Below, piece by piece: positions 56,056-64,000 of a stretch of DNA of 64,000 nucleotides. The notes beneath the pieces were generated by a model, which worked only from the letters and a program-made list of their open reading frames with translations, did no database searches and was not told the origin of the DNA. Numbering within the stretch: position 1 is the first letter of the stretch; each line of letters opens with the position of its first letter. The stretch is from Patescibacteria group bacterium (GTDB lineage Bacteria > Patescibacteriota > Minisyncoccia > Phycocordibacterales > Phycocordibacteraceae), in contig SCTS01000006.1 in assembly GCA_004322365.1 (NCBI GenBank), positions 160,756 through 224,755 on the forward strand, written 5' to 3'. A program made the position numbers and the translations under genes.

Positions 56056-59000
56056 TTAGAACTCATCGAAGCGAGGAGTAACACCTATAGTCACTGACTT
56101 TGAGCTCGGCACTCCTCCAGTCAAACAATTCATGGTGTAGGTGCTTTGTTGATTTATGATCACAGACTGTGCGCCCGAAAAAGCTGTTGAGGAAAGACCG
56201 GGACCGGAGATTGAACATGTATCAGGAGTGCCTACCACTCCCCACGACACCGTTGCAGGGTCGCCTTGGCGAACAGTAACACTTGGACTTATGGTGAGAG
56301 TAATGTCGGCAGGATTTACAGTAACCGTGGCACTTGAAGATGCGCTTCGTGTACCATTAGTACAAGTGATACCGTAGGTTGTAGTAACTGGAGGGGAAAC
56401 AGTAACCGAACCAACGGTTGCGCCCCCTGTTGGGAAGTTAGTTCCTGTACAAGAAGTGGTGTAAGAAGATGTCCAGTCAATGCGTGGAGAGGTTACTCCC
56501 TTAATAATAACAGGTGGTGAGACAGTAATAATCACTGTTGGAGTGTTCTGTATAGTTCCCGTTGCGCATGTCGCAGTAACTGACCCTGTACCTGAGGTCA
56601 CAATAACTGAAGCCGATTTCGTACCAGCGCTACCATATGTCTTCGAGACAGTTGCACCTGTGCCAAGAAGTCCGTCAGTACCACTCCACACATAGGTGTA
56701 TGAACCTACTCCTCCTGAAGGTGTGACAGACCATGTTAATGAATCCCCCACATATCCAGTACTTGGTGATGGGGAACACGATGCTGAGAGTGCTCCGGGG
56801 TTCACTGATAATGATGTCCACGCACTACAATTATCAAGCTCATTGGACTCACTCACTTCATTAAGTGGTGTGTCGGCACAAAAACGCATCTGGTACGAAC
56901 CCGGTGAAGGAAATGTGTAGCTACCTGTTTGTGTACCGCTACCCCCAGCTACAATCGATATTCGACTTAAAGCAATCTTAATTGACGTATTGGCTTCGGC
57001 AAAATTAATAAAGAAACTAAAAATACGACTCCAAATAGAATCTGATTGGGTGAGGTAATTATTAAGACAAGCACTATCTGAACTAAGGCACACATACATC
57101 CTTGAACCGAAAACTGGAGTCGCTGCACCACCAATATTGGTAACACCCGCAGTGAATGTGGTATTTACTCCTGCGGTTACACTCGTAGGAGAAAGAGACC
57201 CTGTAGTTAAATCTGCCAAAGAAACGCCAACTACTACAGAGTTGGAGCAACTTGCGGTTGTTGATAGTGGCGCTGACGCAGTTGCCATACCTGCAAAATA
57301 ATTATGTCTCGTTGTGTTACCAGTAGTTGAGGTTTTTGAGGCAAGAGAGGCATTCGAATATGCTTCGTAGCGATAGTAGGTGTTAACTGGTTGCCCAGTT
57401 GAATTCACAGTCTCTCGTACATCAACACTACAGCAACCACCTGCAGGAGTTATATCTGCACACGATCCTGCCATAGAGCTAGTATTGAGAGTAAATCCGA
57501 CACCATCCTCGGTAGTACCATAACTACCTACCTTCGTACCTCCAGAGCAGTGCTTTTCCCCTTGAAGCGTAACAGAAGTTGCGCCGGAAGGGCTAGTGAT
57601 AGTGATTGAGGCTGTTTTTGTACCGACAGTTGTATATGTTTTTGAAATAGACGCAACAGCACCCGAGAGACTATCAGTACCACTCCATAAATACGTGTAT
57701 GAACCAGTTCCACCCGATGCAGAGGCAGTCCAAGCCACGGGACTACCGGTATAGACACTCGTTGGAGATACCGAACATGACCCAGAAAGAGTGCCAGGGG
57801 GAGGTGAATTTACCTGAACATTTGCGGTAGCGAAAGCGGTCTGGGGAGTCGTAGCAGGAGAGGCACCAACACACTGGTACACAGCTGTTTCAATTTGACA
57901 CGAATCATTGGCCACATTTATTTTACATACATTACCGCTTCCTACCCCACTGCAAGATTTCCCTGCTGGACTTGAGGGGCACCATGCTAATCCAGAATAA
58001 GCAATTTCAAGACTTGACACTCTGGTTACACCTACATTACAAGCAAAATCACTGATGTCATTATATGAAAGCTGCCACGTACCTGATGACGCGGCACTCG
58101 CCCCCGTACAGGTAATAGAATAGTTAGTCGTTGCACTTAACGCTCCAGTCGAAATAGAGCCTGATGTGTTACCTCCAGTCTCAAATCCACCACCAACACA
58201 AGAAATCGCATTGGTTGAGGACCATGTGAGAGTAGCGGAAGATCCAGAATTCAAACTTGTTGGAGTTGCAGAGAGTGAAACCGTGGGTGATGCAATAGCA
58301 CTAACAGTAACTGTTTGCGACGCTGAGGCGGACCCACCAGCACCAGTACATGAAACAAGATAACTGGTTGTTTGCGATGGAGTAACTGTTACAGAGCCTG
58401 CGGTTGCAGAGGATGTTGAGAAGTTAGTTCCTGTGCAGGAAGTTGCATTAGTTGAACTCCAGGTGATAACTGACGACGCACCCACTACAAGAGAAGTTGG
58501 GTTTGCAGAAAGTGATGCAGTTGGTGCAACCACAGGCGCACTAACGGTAACCGTTGCGAAAGAAGACACTGTCTGGGAACCATCGGTACAGGTAATTGAA
58601 TAAGTTATTGAAGAGGGAGGTGAAACGATAAGTGAACCTGCAGTAGCACCTCCCGTTGAAAAGTTGGTGCCGGTGCACGAAGTCACATAATCCGAAGTCC
58701 ATGTTAAGAGAGCCGAACCTCCACTAGATATAGAAGAAGGAGTGGCAATAATGCCTACATAGGGTGTTGTTGGTTCCACAACACAACCTTCATCTATGTC
58801 GCCGATAGTCGCAACCTGGTAGGTACTTTGCACTGTATAACTATCCCCGCCATATACTGCGCGAAATGCTGCTTCACCTGCACTACCTGGAGGGAAAGGA
58901 TTAGTCACTACTGTGTAGTCATACTCCCATGTGGTACCTGTACAGTCACCGCCTCCTGTTGGACCAGCATATGCTAATTGAGGAATCGCACTGAATACAG

Positions 59001-59079
59001 CGAGCATAAAAATGGCACCAATGAAAAAAGTTTTAAAAGCGGGAATAGTAAGTTGGCGGAGAGCTTGCATTGCATTCAT
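56056..59079 (-). CDS. Large secreted Ser/Thr-rich surface protein with Ig-like/PKD repeats and a CARDB-like domain
   Basis: Signal peptide; repeated LTWxSxxxTSCTGTNFxTGG and SGGxGSYTYxWSGTD units; VSESNELDN. Confidence 0.85.
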   Translation of the reverse strand: MNAMQALRQLTIPAFKTFFIGAIFMLAVFSAIPQLAYAGPTGGGDCTGTTWEYDYTVVTNPFPPGSAGEAAFRAVYGGDSYTVQSTYQVATIGDIDEGCVVEPTTPYVGIIATPSSISSGGSALLTWTSDYVTSCTGTNFSTGGATAGSLIVSPPSSITYSITCTDGSQTVSSFATVTVSAPVVAPTASLSANPTSLVVGASSVITWSSTNATSCTGTNFSTSSATAGSVTVTPSQTTSYLVSCTGAGGSASASQTVTVSAIASPTVSLSATPTSLNSGSSATLTWSSTNAISCVGGGFETGGNTSGSISTGALSATTNYSITCTGASAASSGTWQLSYNDISDFACNVGVTRVSSLEIAYSGLAWCPSSPAGKSCSGVGSGNVCKINVANDSCQIETAVYQCVGASPATTPQTAFATANVQVNSPPPGTLSGSCSVSPTSVYTGSPVAWTASASGGTGSYTYLWSGTDSLSGAVASISKTYTTVGTKTASITITSPSGATSVTLQGEKHCSGGTKVGSYGTTEDGVGFTLNTSSMAGSCADITPAGGCCSVDVRETVNSTGQPVNTYYRYEAYSNASLASKTSTTGNTTRHNYFAGMATASAPLSTTASCSNSVVVGVSLADLTTGSLSPTSVTAGVNTTFTAGVTNIGGAATPVFGSRMYVCLSSDSACLNNYLTQSDSIWSRIFSFFINFAEANTSIKIALSRISIVAGGSGTQTGSYTFPSPGSYQMRFCADTPLNEVSESNELDNCSAWTSLSVNPGALSASCSPSPSTGYVGDSLTWSVTPSGGVGSYTYVWSGTDGLLGTGATVSKTYGSAGTKSASVIVTSGTGSVTATCATGTIQNTPTVIITVSPPVIIKGVTSPRIDWTSSYTTSCTGTNFPTGGATVGSVTVSPPVTTTYGITCTNGTRSASSSATVTVNPADITLTISPSVTVRQGDPATVSWGVVGTPDTCSISGPGLSSTAFSGAQSVIINQQSTYTMNCLTGGVPSSKSVTIGVTPRFDEF

Positions 59080-59130
59080 TGTACAGGGAATTTATACCTA
59101 CCGTTAAAGTAAAGTCGCGAGAGGTGGAAT

Positions 59131-59167
59131 AACAAAAAACTCTCCACATGGTGGAGAGTTTTTTGTT
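59131..59167 (-). terminator. Intrinsic terminator directly after rplB
   Basis: AACAAAAAACTCTCCAC-ATG-GTGGAGAGTTTTTTGTT. Confidence 0.82.
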
Positions 59168-60031
59168 TTAGCTTCCTGATTTTCGCTTTTTCCCGACACG
59201 ACGACGAGAAACAATGAATGGATTTGAGTATTTCTTTGGAGTTCGTGTTTTCTGACCCTTTCCTGACGGCTTGCCCCACATGGTGCGCTGTCTTCGGTGA
59301 CCACGACCCTGACGGCCTTCACCTCCTCCATGTGGGTGGTCCACTGGGTTCATTGCAGTACCACGAACCGTTGGGCGAATACCCATGTGTCGTGCGCGAC
59401 CTGCTTTACCAATGATGACGAGGTGATGTGCATCATTTGAAACTTCACCGATAGATGCCCACGCAGTATCAACTACTTTACGAACTTCAGTCGAAGGGAG
59501 TTTTATTTGAGCGTAGCCAGCATCGAGCGCAATCAATTCAGCGTGGTTACCTGCACTTCGTGCCATTTTTGCACCACCATTTGCATGCACTTCAATATTG
59601 TAGATGAATGTACCGATTGGGATGTTCTTCAAAGGAAGTCGGTTACCGGGAGTGATAGGAGCAGTTTCTGAAGTAATGACTTTATCGCCAACCTTTAAAG
59701 ATTTTGGTGCGAGTATGTATCGGCGCTCACCGTCAACATCTACAATACGAGCAATAAAGCCTGTGCGTGTAGGATCGTATTCAATGTGCTCAACTTTTCC
59801 TGGAATATTTTTCTTAGCGAACATGAAATCAACCACACGCATCTGTTGCTTGTGTCCACCTCCTTGGTGACGGGTGGTGATGCGACCAAGTGAGTTTCTA
59901 CCTGCGTGATTTTTCTTTCCTTTCGTCAAAGATTTCAATGGCTTGCCGGTCGTCAAGACATCGCGATAACGAATCACGCTCATGTGGCGAGTGGATGCGG
60001 TTCGTGCTTTGTAATTTCGTGTAGTAGACAT
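59168..60031 (-). CDS. rplB: 50S ribosomal protein L2
   Basis: IEYDPTR, RGTAMNPVDHPHGGGEG. Confidence 0.97.
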   Translation of the reverse strand: MSTTRNYKARTASTRHMSVIRYRDVLTTGKPLKSLTKGKKNHAGRNSLGRITTRHQGGGHKQQMRVVDFMFAKKNIPGKVEHIEYDPTRTGFIARIVDVDGERRYILAPKSLKVGDKVITSETAPITPGNRLPLKNIPIGTFIYNIEVHANGGAKMARSAGNHAELIALDAGYAQIKLPSTEVRKVVDTAWASIGEVSNDAHHLVIIGKAGRARHMGIRPTVRGTAMNPVDHPHGGGEGRQGRGHRRQRTMWGKPSGKGQKTRTPKKYSNPFIVSRRRVGKKRKSGS

Positions 60032-60048
60032 ATTCGTGTATTAAAAAT

Positions 60049-60447
60049 TTATGAGAAACGGATAGTGTCTCCTTTCTTTAAAAATACCAAAGCCTTTCTT
60101 GTTGCAGAAGTCTTACCAAAACCTCGCTTCTTTCTCATTTGCACTCGCTTTGCTGGAGTATTCACTACATTTACCTTGATTGGCATAACTTTGTAGAGAG
60201 CATTGACTGCCATAGCGACATCCTTCTTTGTTGCTGATTTGCGAATATCAAATGTATAGACTCCGTTTGCAGTCATGTTTGCTGCCTTCTCCGTAATGCG
60301 GGGACGCACCAAAATATTTGCGTACTCAGCAAGAGCTGAAGGACGATCAGTTTTTTTAGTAGCAGAAACTTTTGTTTCAACTTTTTTGACTTCTGCCTTT
60401 GGAGCATCAGTCTTCTTTGTATTCGTTTTTGATTTAAAAATTGCCAT
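60049..60447 (-). CDS. rplW: 50S ribosomal protein L23
   Basis: PRITEKA, KKDVAMAV, RKALVFL; Lys-rich N-terminal extension. Confidence 0.94.
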   Translation of the reverse strand: MAIFKSKTNTKKTDAPKAEVKKVETKVSATKKTDRPSALAEYANILVRPRITEKAANMTANGVYTFDIRKSATKKDVAMAVNALYKVMPIKVNVVNTPAKRVQMRKKRGFGKTSATRKALVFLKKGDTIRFS

Positions 60448-60453
60448 AAAAAT

Positions 60454-61119
60454 TTATTTCTCTAGTCGTTCTGTAAGCGTTTTAACAGACACCTTCGGAT
60501 CTACAACGAGAATATAACGGTAGGTGAGCAAGTCAACTGGATTTGCGTTTCTCGCCTCATCAACCATCACGTTCTTCATGTTGCGGAAGCTCTTTACTAC
60601 CGCGACATCATGCTTCGAAAGAAGGATGAGTGCTGCGTTGTTTCTGCGTGTAGCGAGCTCAGCAAATCCTTCTATTTTAGCAAGGCCACCGAGGGTTGCC
60701 TTTGCATCCTTTGTTTTTGGAGCCTTGAAAGAAAGCGAGTCAACAAAAATCATTTTTCCTTTACGGAGTTTTTCTGAAAGAACTGTTGCGACTGCCTTCG
60801 CACGCATCTTCTTATTGATTTTCTGTGAGAAATCGCGTTCCTTTACTGGTCCGTGAGTCGTACCTCCTCCTCTCCAGATTGGAGATCGAATAGAACCGTG
60901 ACGAGCTCGGCCAGTACCCTTTTGCTTCCATGGCTTCTTACCGCCACCACGTACCTCACCACGACCCTTCGTGTGAGCAACAGGAGTGCGAGCGTTCGCT
61001 TGCATAGCAAGAACAACCTGATGCACCAAAGCATCATTTCTCTTTGCATCAAAAATGCCCTCTGGGAGTTCAATCTCCCCTACTTCTTTTGCGCTTGTAT
61101 TGTAAATTGAAGCTTTCAT
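60454..61119 (-). CDS. rplD: 50S ribosomal protein L4
   Basis: EVRGGGKKPWKQKGTGRARHGS. Confidence 0.97.
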   Translation of the reverse strand: MKASIYNTSAKEVGEIELPEGIFDAKRNDALVHQVVLAMQANARTPVAHTKGRGEVRGGGKKPWKQKGTGRARHGSIRSPIWRGGGTTHGPVKERDFSQKINKKMRAKAVATVLSEKLRKGKMIFVDSLSFKAPKTKDAKATLGGLAKIEGFAELATRRNNAALILLSKHDVAVVKSFRNMKNVMVDEARNANPVDLLTYRYILVVDPKVSVKTLTERLEK

Positions 61120-61123
61120 ATAT

Positions 61124-61732
61124 TTATTTTCCTCGAATTTCAATCACGGTACCTTTGCGTCCTGGAACTGCTCCACGAACAAAAATTTCATTCTTTACGC
61201 CGTCAACACGAATGACCTCAAGGTTTGGAACAGTCACACGGTCAGAACCCATTCGTCCTGCCATGCGCATACCTTTCACCACACGACCTCCTGCTCGGCC
61301 TGGACCTCCTCCTGAAGAACCGCGCTCTCTTTCAGAATGTTTCTGACCGTGTGTGCGGGGACCTCCTTTGAAGCCGTAGCGCTTCACAACGCCCTGGAAA
61401 CCTTTTCCTTTTGAAATTCCTGAAACGACAACGCTTTCACCTTCTGAGAAAGCAGTGACATCAAAAGTTGCACCTACTTCAAGTGCCTCAGCACCATCAA
61501 AGCGAAATTCACGAAGTCCACGAACATTTCCCTTAGGTTGCTGTGGTTTTGCAATGCGTGATTGCTTCTGCTCACCGTAACCCACCTGTACTGCCTTGTA
61601 GCCGTCAGTATCAATATTCTTAACTTGGGTCACTGTAACCTTTGGTGCATGTATAACGGTAACAGGCACAGCGTGACCCGCTGCATTGAAGACCTGTGTC
61701 ATTCCTTGTTTTGTTCCTATGATGAATTTCAT
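61124..61732 (-). CDS. rplC: 50S ribosomal protein L3
   Basis: KQGMTQVF, SKGKGFQGVVKR, GAVPG. Confidence 0.97.
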   Translation of the reverse strand: MKFIIGTKQGMTQVFNAAGHAVPVTVIHAPKVTVTQVKNIDTDGYKAVQVGYGEQKQSRIAKPQQPKGNVRGLREFRFDGAEALEVGATFDVTAFSEGESVVVSGISKGKGFQGVVKRYGFKGGPRTHGQKHSERERGSSGGGPGRAGGRVVKGMRMAGRMGSDRVTVPNLEVIRVDGVKNEIFVRGAVPGRKGTVIEIRGK

Positions 61733-61976
61733 TAGTTTTTTGTTGGCGAGTCCTTGAGTCTAGAAAAATCTAACCCTGTTAAATCCCCGTTCCGGGGACG
61801 CTTCGTACTCGAAGCGTATTTAACAGGGTTCTGAGAATCTAATCGCTACGCTCAAGATTCTCTAGAAAAAAACGCACACCGGTATTCGCAGTGTGCGATA
61901 TACCATTGGTTTACCCTGAGCTTGTCGAAGGGTCCGATCCTTTCGATGTTTCGGAGGCAAACGTAGCGTTTCAGCT

Positions 61977-62005
61977 ACTATACACAAAGCATCTAAAAGA
62001 TGCAA
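61977..62005 (-). promoter_or_regulatory. Sigma70-like promoter for rplC
   Basis: TTGCAT-N17-TATAGT with TG extension, ~245 nt upstream of rplC. Confidence 0.6.
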
Positions 62006-62172
62006 GAAACCAAGTACCGAGACGAAACCTAGGTACTTTTACACGTATCTGATACAGATATTTCAGCCGTGAAGTATGCTTTGAACACGAGACCGCGAAA
62101 GAGGCTCGGTTGGAAAACTCCTCTAGAAATCTAGAGTGGTGCACTTACCTGTTGAACTTAAGATAGAAATAC

Positions 62173-62201
62173 TTGACAGAAGGTTTCTAATATGCTATTA
62201 T
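62173..62201 (+). promoter_or_regulatory. Near-consensus sigma70 promoter, antisense to the S10 operon
   Basis: TTGACA-N17-TATTAT with TGn extension. Confidence 0.72.
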
Positions 62202-62233
62202 TCACACATCGTTTAAACACTTAAATTTTTTCT

Positions 62234-62377
62234 ATGAAAGAGGGACTCAAATTAATTTCACGACAAGGTGGTTTTAAAACGACCGGTCCAGGTTTAGAAC
62301 ACTGCCCCGATCCTGATGCTATCGTATCCGGTTATGTATACAATAAACTTAACAAATTATGGTATAAAAAGGCCTAA
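62234..62377 (+). CDS. 47-aa microprotein
   Basis: MKEGLKLISRQGGFKTTGPGLEHCPDPDAIVSGYVYNKLNKLWYKKA*, lying between a promoter and a terminator. Confidence 0.5.
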   Translation: MKEGLKLISRQGGFKTTGPGLEHCPDPDAIVSGYVYNKLNKLWYKKA

Positions 62378-62414
62378 GAACAGGAGAAAATAGAACGTGT
62401 ACGCAACACAAACT

Positions 62415-62441
62415 AAAAACCGCCCTTTTGGGCGGTTTTTT
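62415..62441. terminator. Bidirectional terminator
   Basis: AAAAACCGCCC-TTTT-GGGCGGTTTTTT. Confidence 0.8.
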
Positions 62442-62594
62442 CGATCTTTTTTACAGCCCTCCACAATTTCTCTGAGATGAGAAATTGGGAGGACTTAAGA
62501 AAATCTAAGCAAGCTTTGCTTTAAGGTCTCTAAAGGCCGAAGCGAAACGCTTCGGCACTCAACAAATTCTAAATCGCAACGCGATTAAGAATTT

Positions 62595-62990
62595 CTAGAG
62601 CATTCTGACATCAACCGAGACGCCGGATGGCAATGACAAGTTCGTCAAAGCATCAATGATTTTTGGAGTTGGATTCACAATGTCCAAGATACGCTTATGA
62701 GTACGAATCTCAAACTGCTCACGAGCATCTTTGTAGACGAACGATGAGGCATTGACCGTGAATTTCTTGATATCAGTTGGAAGTGGGATGGGCCCTACAA
62801 CCTCCGCATCAAAGCGAAGCGCTGTGTCAATAATTTGCTTTACCGAAGCATCCAAGACTTTGTGGTCATATGCGCGAACACGGAGACGCAATTTGCCTAC
62901 ACCCGCAACTGGAGCCGCAGATTTCGCTGTCTTTGCTCCTGCTTTTGGTGCCTTGCGGACAGGCGTCTTTTTTTCTTTAGTGTCGGACAT
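62595..62990 (-). CDS. rpsJ: 30S ribosomal protein S10
   Basis: RAYDHKVLD, GPIPLPT, REQFEIRTHKR; N-terminal extension. Confidence 0.96.
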   Translation of the reverse strand: MSDTKEKKTPVRKAPKAGAKTAKSAAPVAGVGKLRLRVRAYDHKVLDASVKQIIDTALRFDAEVVGPIPLPTDIKKFTVNASSFVYKDAREQFEIRTHKRILDIVNPTPKIIDALTNLSLPSGVSVDVRML

Positions 62991-63019
62991 AGATTTTCAA
63001 AGTTCGTGAATACTAGGCT

Positions 63020-64000
<981 letters not shown>

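Noticed and set aside
56056-59079. Diversity-generating retroelement target suggested by internal repeats
   Set aside because: The repeats are protein-domain repeats, no adenine-specific TR/VR pair was seen, and there is no reverse transcriptase in the window.
62010-62150. Hammerhead-like words (CGAAAC, CTGATA) with small hairpins
   Set aside because: The core CUGAnGA is not matched and stems I-III cannot be formed convincingly.

Overview
This is a 64-kb chromosomal segment of a Patescibacteria (CPR, Parcubacteria-like) bacterium using genetic code 11. The taxon is inferred from the missing rpmD, the CPR-style type IV pilus locus, an orphan VirB4/TraG-like ATPase and CPR-type Cys-rich exported proteins. 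Protein-coding content: the 5' part of purL, GH18, a PIF1 helicase, a complete type IV pilus/competence cluster (pilMNO-pilB-receiver-pilT-pilC-major pilin-pilD-4 minor pilins, comF), type II glutamine synthetase, recG, ftsH, smpB, a CDCA-like carbonic anhydrase, infC-rpmI-rplT, ndk and the tuf-S10-spc ribosomal cluster. RNA genes: tRNA-Ser(GCT), an unusual tRNA-Ile(TAT), tmRNA and a probable 6S RNA. The most notable observations are: (1) a family of ~100-118 nt structured elements behind tRNA-Ser (2 copies) and tmRNA (1 copy), whose ends are inverted copies of the T-arm of the specific RNA gene they follow; (2) dispersed 7-mer tandem repeats, which also sit in the cleavable leaders of three minor pilins; (3) a palindrome-flanked RAYT plus a 1007-aa surface protein splitting the S10 operon; (4) pervasive -10/N6-8/ATG leaderless-type starts; (5) several unannotated microproteins and candidate RNA leaders in the ribosomal cluster. 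All calls come from reading the sequence and recognising motifs; no searches were run.
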